Positions 11,966-21,972 of a DNA stretch of 23,144 nucleotides are shown piece by piece. Position numbers and translations under genes: made by a program. Source of the stretch: Tubiluchus corallicola (taxonomy: Eukaryota; Animalia; Priapulida); the NCBI GenBank assembly GCA_030141605.1, contig JAQGDQ010001864.1, positions 1-23,144 of the forward strand, read 5' to 3'. The stretch's first letter is position 1. Each line of letters opens with the position of its first letter. The notes beneath the pieces were generated by a model. The model did not search any database and was not told the origin of the DNA. It saw nothing but the letters and a program-made list of their open reading frames with translations.

Positions 11966-12257
11966 ACTTATGTAACTAGAAAAGAAAATTATTAATTATT
12001 TAAAATGTTTTCACCAATTGGTAAAATGCACCCCTCCAGGGTGCACCACTCACTAATCAAAAACCTATTTTTAATCTTATTGACAAAATACAGTAATTTC
12101 AAATTTTATTTAGTTTTTGACGTGTGCACTACGAATGCTCTGATTATTTTCTGAAACTTTACACAATGTTATCTAAACTTGTTTCAAATGACTTATCATC
12201 AAAATGGCTGCGTCAAACGGTCATCGCGGGAGTTTAAATTTACATGTTTTATACAGC
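11966..12257 (-). repeat. Dispersed repeat A, copy 2 (inverted relative to 242-530)
   Basis: Reverse-complement match to 242-530. Confidence 0.85.
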
Positions 12258-12561
12258 GTTACTGCCACCGCAAGTTTAATATGCAAAAAGGCAGCATGTA
12301 AGTGATATAAAATTTCAAGACGAATATTTTACGCTATAGGTAAACGGTGGGTTTTTTGTGCTTTAACATTCTTTCCAAACACGTAATAAGCTCAACTTCA
12401 CAGAAGACTTTTCTTTTAAATATTAGAGAATGAAAATTCTTACGAACATTTTAATAAATCCCGACGGTGGCCATTACTTAGTATAACAAACCACTCGTCA
12501 CGGTCTTATTATATCACGTGGCTAATAACAATAATCTTCTAGTTGTATTTATAAAGTAGAT

Positions 12562-13366
12562 AAGACAAGACAAGACAAGACAAGACAAGACAAGACAAGA
12601 CAAGACAAGACAAGACAAGACAAGACAAGACAAGACAAGACAAGACAAGACAAGACAAGACAAGACAAGACAAGACAAGACAAGACAAGACAAGACAAGA
12701 CAAGGCAAGGCAAGGCAAGGCAAGGCAAGGCAAGGCAAGGCAAGACAAGGCAAGGCAAGGCAAGGCAAGGCAAGGCAAGGCAAGGCAAGGCAAGGCAAGG
12801 CAAGGCAAGGCAAGGCAAGACAAGACAAGACAAGACAAGACAAGACAAGGCAAGGCAAGGCAAGGCAAGGCAAGGCAAGGCAAGGCAAGGCAAGGCAATG
12901 CAAATCAAGGCAAGGGAAGGCAAGACGAGGCGAGGCAAGGCAAGGCAAGGCAAGGCAAGGCAAGACAAGACAAGACAAGACAAGACAAGACAAGGCAAGG
13001 CAAGGCAAGGCAAGGCAAGGCAAGACAAGACAAGGCAAGGCAAGGCAAGACAAGACAAGACAAGACAAGACAAGGCAAGACAAGACAAGACAAGACAAGA
13101 CAAGACAAGGCAAGGCAAGACAAGGCAAGGCAAGGCAAGGCAAGGCAAGGCAAAGCAAGGCAAGGCAAGGCAAGACAAGACAAGACAAGGCAAGGCAAGG
13201 CAAGGCAAGACAAGACAAGACAAGACAAGACAAGGCAAGGCAAGGCAAGACAAGGCAAGGCAAGGCAAGGCAAGGCAAGACAAGACAAGACAAGACAAGG
13301 CAAGGCAAGGCAAGGCAAGGCAAGACAAGACAAGACAAGACAAGGGAAGGCAAGACGAGGCGAGGC
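12562..13366. repeat. Compound pentanucleotide satellite (AAGAC)n/(AAGGC)n, ~160 units
   Basis: Alternating blocks of two pentamers with the 5-nt phase kept throughout; it explains the CLVLS/CLALP ORFs. Confidence 0.99.
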
Positions 13367-13398
13367 GAGTTATTACTTGCACATCTTTGATTATCTTT

Positions 13399-13518
13399 GA
13401 CTACGGCCAAATCATGTTGAAAACACCGGTTCTCGTCTGATCACCGAAGTTAAGCAACGTAGAGCCTGGTTAGTGCTTGGATGGGTGACCGCCTAGGAAT
13501 ACCAGGTGCTGTAGGCTT
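13399..13518 (+). rRNA. Full-length 5S rRNA-like sequence (120 nt) forming the head of a SINE; probably not a functional 5S gene
   Basis: GACTACGGCC...TGAAAACACCGGTTCTCGTCTGATCACCGAAGTTAAGC...GGTTAGTGCTTGGATGGGTGACCGCCTAGGAATACCAGGTGCTGTAGGCTT matches animal 5S rRNA, including the internal A and C boxes. It is a single copy with no oligo-T terminator after it. Confidence 0.93.
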
Positions 13519-13935
13519 GCGGGATGCAAACGCTGTATCTCGACACTAGGCGGAGGAGCTGCACAAGCAGCCAACGGCTAGAGGGACCCAACGGCCATGC
13601 GTAGAAGAGTAAACCTTCTAAATCAGGAGTGGAGACCCGAAGGCAGACCAGTGCAGCAAGCTCACTGACTCCGGAAGCTCCTGCAGCCAACCTGGTGCCA
13701 ATCGTATGGCTCCCCTTTCCTTTGGACAACACCAAGGAGGAAGAGAGGGGGTTCCTGTTGTCTGGACAACTCAGGATCTCCATACACCTTGCCCAGGCGT
13801 GCGCCCTGGAGACGTTAAAGGATCGCACTGCTCAGCCACAGTCGACGCTGCAGCTCCATCAATGTGATCAATAACTGACTCTCTTGGCGCACACTCCATT
13901 GTCTTCCGAGACGGAAGGATGCCAACAACAACAGC

Positions 13936-13976
<41 letters not shown>
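13399..13976 (+). mobile_element. 5S rRNA-derived SINE (SINE3-type), ~580 bp, with (CAA)n tail and 12-bp TSD
   Basis: It consists of a 5S head, a GC-rich ~400-bp body and a (CAA)n tail at 13923-13976. The direct repeat ATCTTTGATTAT flanks it at 13383-13394 and 13977-13988. Confidence 0.9.
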
Positions 13977-14424
13977 ATCTTTGATTATAATTATGAATCT
14001 GCAGAAATAGAAACAGAAAATTCAGCCTACTTTCCAGATTTGCACCAATTTCTGAGCAATTATTCTGCATTAGGACTATAGCAGCTGTCATAATGAGTTG
14101 TTGACATCATCATCTAAATTGCTTATGGCTTCTACAGGTAATTACAGGTGGCAGGTGTAATGCGACACGAGTTCCAAAAATAAGGCAAAACAACAAACAA
14201 GTCGCGAATTGATCTGCAGTCGCAGAATAAAGTTTATTTAGGTTTTTTTAAAGTAAATTATATTAAACTAAGCTAAAACACAAAACTTTTTCTTGGAATC
14301 ACGTTTAACAAGCTCAGAACAACAGAAATTGTGATAAAGTAACACTGCAAGCAGACCTATCTCAACGAGTCGTCCGTTGAATCAGTACTTTAATATGTTT
14401 GTGAATCTGTTGCTGATTTCTAAC

Positions 14425-14733
14425 TTAAAGCAAAACCAAACCCAATCTTAAATTATAGGTCAATACAATCTACTCCATAAAATATTGAAAGGAAACATAC
14501 TGTATTTTTTCAAAAATGACAAAAATGAAAGAATTATTACCACACAAACACAACTTCACATTTGCGCCACTAGTTACATGCATTTTGCCATTCGCTAATT
14601 AGCTAGTTAGAGGGGCAGCAGCGACTGCATTTCGGAATCGAATTGCACAAAAAAAGACGTGTTATACCACTCAGTTCAGATGCGTTAGTTTGTGACGAAC
14701 TGCACACGTTCGGCAGCTCATGTGTGAGTACAG
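14425..14733 (+). repeat. Dispersed repeat C, copy 2 (truncated)
   Basis: Aligns with 8024-8315 and 21061-21360. Confidence 0.85.
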
Positions 14734-14751
14734 TAGTTTTAAATGTAACTA

Positions 14752-14870
14752 ATAAAATACTTTTAATTTTAGGGGATTTTAATGCATCATTGCACAAAGG
14801 GAACACGAGTGAGGCTGAACCTAATTAGCAACAGATTTGTTAGTATTATGCTTAATTATTGCCTGAATAA
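14752..14870 (+). mobile_element. Possible LINE apurinic-endonuclease fragment
   Basis: KILLILGDFNASL contains the hydrophobic-GDFNA motif of APE-type endonucleases. The match is very short. Confidence 0.35.
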
Positions 14871-14879
14871 CAGCAAAAA

Positions 14880-15080
14880 CTGACTGACTAACCAACCAAC
14901 CAACTAAGTAATTATCTAGATGTCTAGCTAACCAATTAACTAATTATTTTGCCAGGCCACCAGGGAGCCGACCAACCTATCCACCCACACACACCCCAAC
15001 AAACCAGCCAACTAACCAACCAACCAAGTAACTAACCAACCAAACAGCCAACCAATCAAACACCCAACCACCCACCCACT
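14880..15080. repeat. Degenerate (AACC/ACCC)n low-complexity tract
   Basis: accaaccaaccaac / cacccacccac runs read directly. Confidence 0.7.
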
Positions 15081-15352
15081 CATAATCTCAGGTGCCTTAT
15101 ATTTAGCCTAGTAAATTACTCAAAGTGATCGCGTTTATTAATGGCGGAAAATAAGGAGCTTTCAATATCCTATTTTGACCATGAGGCTTGTAAGAATGTA
15201 TGGCTGTTTTATAAATAATTTTCAGCCTCTTATTCGAAACAAAGATCGTGCAGAGCTGTATGTACGCAATTTCATAGAACAACATAATGTTCACGACAAT
15301 GCAACAAAGCATTAGAATCCTAAGAATAAGGACAAGTTATTAATGTGCAGCC

Positions 15353-15730
15353 ATGAATCTGAACCTAGAATTGATCTTCGGGTTGTCCTATAGGCTAGTA
15401 TAGGCTGCATCCTAGGGGCCCTTCAAGCGTTGGTAACATTTGGTTAAAAATAGTTTACCTTCACTATGGTTGTAATGAATCTGAACCAAGAATTGATCCT
15501 GGAGTAGGTCAGGTTGTTCTATAGGGCAGTATAAGCTGTAGGCTAGGTCCCTTCAAGCTTTGGTAACATTTGGTAACATTTCACCGCGGTTGTGTTGAAA
15601 TATGTGCTAATTTGGTCTGCAATAATTAGTAAAATAGTGGTATTTCTTAAAGAATACTCCAACTGACAAACAAAAGATAGCTGGTCTAGTTTATTTAAAG
15701 GATTTGCAATAAATAAGTTTACTTCGAGCT
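15353..15730 (-). repeat. Dispersed repeat D, copy 2, with two ~120-bp internal subrepeats
   Basis: atgaatctgaacc.agaattgatc occurs at ~15354 and ~15475, each followed by ctatagg..agtata.gctg and cccttcaagc.ttggtaacatttgg. It is an inverted match to 10299-10640. Confidence 0.8.
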
Positions 15731-15770
15731 ATGAATTTGTACTAATGTATATAACACGAGTAAAAATATT

Positions 15771-16006
15771 CAAGACGGATGCAGGCTGGCAGAGGGTAGA
15801 GGGTGGCTCCGTCTGAGGGTGCCCCATAATTTCATTATTTATTTTTTATTTTAGGTTTATTTCAGTACATAATAAGTACCAGGAAACGATAAACAAAGAT
15901 TAATCAATAACCTACTACAAGACAAAATAAAAAAAATATTTACACAGAGAACAATTAGACAGAGAAGAGAGAATCAATGGCCTTGGGGCCCCAAAATCCG
16001 GCCCTG
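15771..16006. mobile_element. Possible degenerate MITE with GC-rich ends
   Basis: The right end is ggggccccaaaatccggccctg. The left end caagacggat is an imperfect inverse of atccggccctg. No TSD was seen. Confidence 0.3.
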
Positions 16007-16045
16007 TCCTTGAGGGCTACCACACCTGGATTTTTATCTTATTAA

Positions 16046-16504
16046 CCCTTTCAGTCCCAAATTATTTTTTAATAAGAAAAAAAAATTTGGCTTGGTACTT
16101 TTGTTCAGTATGTCCATCTTGTTTACACATAATAATTATTTTTTTCTACCTGTGTCCGTGTGCTAAATATAGCCTGTATCCCGCGGGATACATTGGGATT
16201 CAAAGGAAGCATAAAATGTGCCTCATTTTGCAACTGCTGATAATTTTTTAAAGTATTTAAGACATTTAGTATGCACGCTATACTGATCTGTACAAAGTCG
16301 TCTCTAAAGTACTGTACCTTGCGCAGTTTTTTATGCTATGTAGATTTTTTAGTTTGCCATTTTATCACCATTTTTAGTCTATTGTTATTGGCTTAAATCC
16401 AAATAACTATTAACAGATCAAATAACTGTCAGTTTTATAATTTTATTAATTTTAAAGGCAGAAAATGCTCTCGTATCACACGGGATACAACTGGTATGAA
16501 AGGG
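16046..16504. mobile_element. Non-autonomous piggyBac-like element (459 bp) with TTAA target duplication
   Basis: Structure TTAA|CCCTTTCA...TGAAAGGG|TTAA, with TTAA at 16042-16045 and 16505-16508. It has an internal palindrome tgtatcccgcgggataca (~16176-16192) and a related subterminal gtatcacacgggatac. It has no coding capacity. Confidence 0.85.
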
Positions 16505-16667
16505 TTAACAGGTTTAACACAGTTTCTCGAAGGTCACACTACACGTGTCCATGGTGAAGCCGGAGCCAAAATCTCTTGTCACCTTGTGGCTTCTTCAAGT
16601 CAACGAGATACAAAAAATAACCTTCATTTCTAAAAATCATTGACTTTAATTATGATTATTCACTTAC

Positions 16668-16842
16668 TTCGGTCTTCCACTATTTGGTCTAGCGTTTTGT
16701 AAAGAGCTTCCAATGAGATGCAAACTTGTTTTACGAATTCAGGCATTTCTTCATAATCTTCAGCACATTGGCTAGGTAAACAGTTTGCTGTACCAACTAG
16801 GAGGATGAGTGAAAAAAGTGAGGCAAGAATTAATTGCTGCAT
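16668..16842 (-). CDS. First coding exon of a secreted prepropeptide, myosuppressin-precursor-like (partial CDS; exon 16862-16668)
   Basis: Acceptor tttgcatctttgtttcag| before 16862, start context gaagccATG at 16842, and donor |GTAAGT at 16667 (phase 1). The protein is MQQLILASLFSLILLVGTANC-LPSQCAEDYEEMPEFVKQVCISLEALYKTLDQIVEDR. It has a hydrophobic signal peptide and a P.QC-x14-C..L propeptide like that of arthropod myosuppressin precursors. The family call is from recalled similarity only. Confidence 0.75.
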
Positions 16843-16912
16843 GGCTTCTCCTGGATATGTTTCTGAAACAAAGATGCAAATAAATGTTAATAACTGCACG
16901 CTGCAAGTATGT

Positions 16913-18410
16913 ATAAAAACCAATGACATCTCAGAACACCCACTGACATCTCAGAACCCTAATCCAGATAAAAAAGTTACTGGCAAAAAAGTGTAAAAAC
17001 CCACTGGCATCTCAGAACCCTAATCCAGGTAAAAAGTTACTGGCAAAAAAGTATGAAAACCTACTGGCATCTCAGAATCCTAATCCAGAATAAAAAGTCA
17101 CTGGCAAAAAAGTATAAAAACCTACTGGCATCTCAGAATCCTAATCCAGAATAAAAAGTCACTGGCAAAAAAGTATAAAAACCCACTGGCATCTCAGAAC
17201 CCTAATCCAGATAAAAAAGTTACTGGCAAAAAAGTATAAAAACCTACTGGCATCTCAGAACCCTAATCCAGGTAAAAAGTTACTGGCAAAAAAGTATAAA
17301 AACCTACTGGCATCTCAGAATCCTAATCCAGAATAAAAAGTCACTGGCAAAAAGTTGGTCTCAGAATCCTAATCCAGATAAAAAATTACTGGCAAAAAAG
17401 TATAAAAACCTACTGGCATCTCAGAACCCTAATCCAGGTAAAAGTTACTGGCAAAAAAGTATAAAAACCTACTGGCATCTCAGAACCCTAATCCAGATAA
17501 AAAATTACTGGCAAAAAAGTATAAAAACCCACTGGCATCTCAGAACCCTAATCCAGATAAAAAATTACTGGCAAAAAAGTATAAAAACCTACTGGCATCT
17601 CAGAACCCTAATCCAGGTAAAAAGTTACTGGCAAAAAAGTATAAAAACCTACTGGCATCTCAGAATCCTAATCCAGAATAAAAAGTCACTGGCAAAAAAG
17701 TATAAAAACCCACTGGCATCTCAGAACCCTAATCCAGATAAAAAAGTCACTGGCAAAAAAGTATAAAAACCCACTGGCATCTCAGAACCCTAATCCAGAT
17801 AAAAAATTACTGGCAAAAAAGTATAAAAACCTACTGGCATCTCAGAACCCTAATCCAGGTAAAAAGTTACTGGCAAAAAAGTATAAAAACCTACTGGCAT
17901 CTCAGAATCCTAATCCAGAATAAAAAGTCACTGGCAAAAAAGTATAAAAACCCACTGGCATCTCAGAACCCTAATCCAGATAAAAAAGTCACTGGCAAAA
18001 AAGTATAAAAACCCACTGGCATCTCAGAACCCTAATCCAGATAAAAAAGTCACTGGCAAGAAAGTATAAAAACCCACTGGCATCTCAGAACCCTAATCCA
18101 GACAAAAAATTACTGGCAAAAAAGTATAAAAACCTACTGGCATCTCAGAACCCTAATCCAGGTAAAAAGTTACTGGCAAAAAAGTGTAAAAACTCACTGG
18201 CGTCTCAGAACCCTAATCCACGTAAAAAGTCACTGGGGGAAGTATAAAAACCCACTGGCATCTCAGAACCCTAATCCACGTAAAAAAGTCACGGGGGGGG
18301 GGGAGTATAAAAACCCACTGACATCTCAGAATCCTAATCCACGTAAAAAGTCACTGACAAAAAGGTATAGAAACCTGCTGACATCTCAGAACGCGATCCC
18401 AGGTAAAAAT
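16913..18410. repeat. 60-61-bp minisatellite, ~24 copies, in the intron 5' of the coding exon
   Basis: Unit taaaaacc(c/t)actggcatctcagaa(c/t)cctaatccag(a/g)taaaaagt(t/c)actggcaaaaaagta, with degenerate edges. Confidence 0.97.
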
Positions 18411-18570
18411 GCCACTGGAAAAAAATCACAGGAAGGAATGAAATAACCCTAGCCATAACCTTTGCCCTAACTCATAACACTAACCCTAGCCAAAATTATT
18501 GCCTGTGAGTTTTTACCTGTGAATTTTTTCCTAGGCAAAATTGCGACAGTTTTCCAGCGACTTTACTACT
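18401..18570. mobile_element. Foldback-like MITE core: ggtaaaaa..cac.gg arm, short (AACCCT)-like spacer, inverted arm
   Basis: ggtaaaaatgccactggaaaaaaatcacagg, then taaccctagccataacc..taaccctagcc, then cctgtgagtttttacctgtgaattttttcc. The layout matches the element starting at 21973. Confidence 0.55.
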
Positions 18571-18726
18571 GGCCAAAAGACATTTTATTTATACCATACA
18601 CCTAGTCAATCATAAACTTGAGTAGACGCATTTGAACAGCATATATGAAAATGATTCGTATGCTAGTTTTTGAAATGCAGTATTTTTATCACGTACGAAA
18701 CTTAGGAGGAAAAGTAAATTACTAAC

Positions 18727-18852
18727 TTCAGCTATCTGCGAGCTGTTGGTTTGCTTCATTAGTCATTAAGTTTTGAATTCACACAACCTTATCAGCAAGA
18801 CAAATTGCCAGTTCACACCCTTCAGCGCAGACTCTACGCAGATATCAACTGA
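18727..18852 (-). promoter_or_regulatory. Candidate initiator (TCAGTT) and non-coding first exon of the prepropeptide gene
   Basis: A unique island between two arrays. The minus strand has TCAGTT at 18852-18847, matching the arthropod Inr TCAKTY, and a donor-like GAA|GTTAGT at 18726. Support is from motifs only. Confidence 0.3.
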
Positions 18853-18865
18853 AAGTTCGGTGCAG

Positions 18866-20296
18866 GCTAAAAATGACACTAGTAAAAATGGCACACGTAA
18901 AAATGGCACAGGTAAAAATGGCACAAGTAAAAACGGCACACGCAAAATGACACGATTAAAAATGGCACGGGTAAAAATGGCACAGATAAAAATGACATTA
19001 GTAAAAATGGCACAGGTAAAAATGGCACAACTAAAAACGGCACAAGGAAAATGACACAAGTAAAAATTGCACAGGTAAAAGTGACACAAGTAAAAATGGT
19101 ACAGGTAAAAATGACACTAGTAAAAATGGCACAGGTAAAATGGCACAACTAAAAACGGCACAAGCAAAATGACACTAAAAACGGCACAAGCAAAATGACA
19201 CAAGTAAAAATTGCACAGGTAAAAGTGACACAAGTAAAAATGGTACAGGTAAAAATGACACAAGTAAAAATGGCACAGGTAAAAATGGCACAGGTAAAAA
19301 TGGCACAAGTAAAAATGGCACACGCAAAATGACACAACTAAAAATGGCACAGATAAAAATGACACTAGTAAAAACGGCACAGGTAAAAATTGCACAAGTA
19401 AAAACGGCACAGGTAAAAATTGCACAAGTAAAAACGGCACAAGCAAAGTGACACAAGCAAAAATGGTACAGGTAAAAGTGACACAAGTAAAAATGACACG
19501 GAAAAAATAATACAAGTAAAAATGACACATTTAAAATGACAGAGGAAAATGACAGGAAAATGGGCTCAAATGGAAAAATAGGAAAAAATGGCACACGTAA
19601 AAATGGCACAGGTAAAAATGGCACAAGTAAAAACGGCACACGCAAAATGACACGATTAAAAATGGCACGGGTAAAAATGGCACAGATAAAAATGACATTA
19701 GTAAAAATGGCACAGGTAAAAATGGCACAACTAAAAACGGCACAAGGAAAATGACACAAGTAAAAATTGCACAGGTAAAAGTGACACAAGTAAAAATGGT
19801 ACAGGTAAAAATGACACTAGTAAAAATGGCACAGGTAAAATGGCACAACTAAAAACGGCACAAGCAAAATGACACTAAAAACGGCACAAGCAAAATGACA
19901 CAAGTAAAAATTGCACAGGTAAAAGTGACACAAGTAAAAATGGTACAGGTAAAAATGACACAAGTAAAAATGGCACAGGTAAAAATGGCACAGGTAAAAA
20001 TGGCACAAGTAAAAATGGCACACGCAAAATGACACAACTAAAAATGGCACAGATAAAAATGACACTAGTAAAAACGGCACAGGTAAAAATTGCACAAGTA
20101 AAAACGGCACAGGTAAAAATTGCACAAGTAAAAACGGCACAAGCAAAGTGACACAAGCAAAAATGGTACAGGTAAAAGTGACACAAGTAAAAATGACACG
20201 GAAAAAATAATACAAGTAAAAATGACACATTTAAAATGACAGAGGAAAATGACAGGAAAATGGGCTCAAATGGAAAAATAGGAAAAAATGGCACAC
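18866..20296. repeat. 14-15-bp tandem array (ggtaaaaatggcaca) organised as two ~700-bp blocks
   Basis: Unit read directly. 18884-19583 and 19584-20283 appear identical, and the track ORFs at 19117/19817 and 19149/19849 are identical at offset 700. Confidence 0.97.
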
Positions 20297-20913
20297 ATAT
20301 AGGATACGAGTTTAGAGTTAGGATTCTGAGGGGGATAATTGTTTTAATTATTTTTTTTTCTGTCAAGAAAGATATGCCTCAACTATGTTCGTTTGTTTGT
20401 TTGTCTGTCTGTTATATATGAATAAGTCTATGGCGCAAAAACATTAGAAAGTTTATTTTCAGTAAAAGTTCTAAGCGTACTACATTGTTTGATAAAAATG
20501 CTCTCATTGGGTTGTCCATAGATGCATCTATACGTTGCAGCCCCTTGCATGGATTCGCCTCATTCGTGAATCAGCGCTAGCTTCCTGGAGGCATTGTTTT
20601 TAGCGCAATTAGGAATTCCGGCCGTTTTCGAGGAACACGACGTGTGAAATCGGACTCCTATTTAATGTTTCACATGTTAAAGTGTCGCAGACTGGCTTCA
20701 TAATATGCATGGCATAACTTCATGGGACTTGACAGACTAAAGAGTGTCACTAAAAGCAGTTGGCAATGTTCCAGGTAATACAGGATGATGAAGAGACACA
20801 TTGTGGACTTTATATGACAGCATTTTCTTCTAAAAAAAATTTTTTTTCTAAAAAAAAAGAGCACTCAAAAAGTATGAGTTTAGAGTTTTGATAATTATTT
20901 TATTTCAGCCAAG

Positions 20914-20948
20914 TTTGTTTGTTTGTTTGTTTGTTTGTTTGTTTGTTT
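20914..20948. repeat. (TTTG)n microsatellite
   Basis: Read directly. Confidence 0.95.
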
Positions 20949-21060
20949 CTTACAATTAGTCCCAGGCAAGATAAATACAATCGTTTTTGGTTTTGCATGT
21001 CAAAATGACACAGTTTTCAGACGTGCAGAATATTATCTTTCTCCACCAAATTTAAAAGGC

Positions 21061-21664
21061 TTAAAGCAAAACCGGACTCAACCTTTAACTGTAGGTCAAA
21101 ACAATCTACTTTTTAAAATATTGAAAAGGAACATGCTATTTTATCAAAAATGACTTACTTGAAAGAATTATTACCACACAAACACAATTTCACGTTCGCG
21201 CCACTAGTTCTTTGCTGTTACGTGCGTTTACTAGTTAGACGGGCACGAGCGCCTGCATTTCGGAAACGCGTTGCACAAAAACAGGTTCTGAACCTCTTTG
21301 TTCAGAAGTGTTAGTTTGTGACGTACAGCACACGATTGACAGCTTTTGTGTGAGCACAGCGGCAAATTTGAAATTTGAATTTTTATCTTAAAATTTGCCT
21401 AGTCTTAGTACAGCACACTGAATATCTTTCAGTAGCAATGCACTTCAATTTTTGCTTTCGCAAACACGCCCATGGAAAATTTTTGCTGTTGAAAATTATG
21501 TTAGTTTGTGATGTTATCAATAGATGGGCTCGCCGCCGTTAATTAAGATTTTAGTCTATTATTTAATTATCAGAGACGCCTTTGTCGTATTATTGGTGTT
21601 AAAATGTAACTTTTTATCTGATTGGAAAATTGAGTAGTATATGAAAAATCATCCTGTCATCCTT
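21061..21664 (+). repeat. Dispersed repeat C, copy 3
   Basis: Aligns over ~600 bp with 8024-8630. Confidence 0.88.
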
Positions 21665-21972
21665 CAAACATTTGTCTTATCTTATTGACAATGAATCTAC
21701 AGTAGTATTTTCCATTCATAGAAACATGCAGTTTTATGGCTATGCAATCATGCACGGAGTATGATCGACCAATCTTTTGTGTTAATTAAATGTTTGTTTA
21801 CTGCTTATTGTAAAACCAGCTTTTGCGTGTGTCGGAAAGTTGAAAAAAATGAACACAACATTAATTTCCGTGTTCAAAGGGAAGTTCCGTCTACGTGACA
21901 GCTGCTACTAATCCATAGAACGCAGGTTCGAGCCATAACAGAGGAATAATTTTTTGACATGGTAATGAATTC

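Noticed and set aside
12514-13440. Long Cys/Leu-rich and Arg/Gln-rich ORFs
   Set aside because: Pentamer repeats lack stop codons in any frame, and there is no other coding evidence.
13399-13518. Functional 5S rRNA gene
   Set aside because: It is solitary, lacks a T-run terminator, has a helix I mismatch, and lies inside a TSD-flanked unit with a microsatellite tail.
13990-14022. Strong minus-strand acceptor (ttttctgtttctatttctgcag, exon start 13998) as next exon of the prepropeptide gene
   Set aside because: Joining in phase 1 gives only N-S-stop with no amidated peptide. It cannot be supported without transcripts, though it cannot be excluded either.
18766-20366. Pentapeptide-repeat-like ORFs (CAIFT, KNGTG)
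   Set aside because: Frequent 14-bp units shift the frame and many frames are open at once, as expected for satellite DNA.
21880-21945. tRNA gene (GGTTCGAGCC B-box-like motif)
   Set aside because: There is no convincing A box or cloverleaf; at most it is a decayed tRNA-SINE head.
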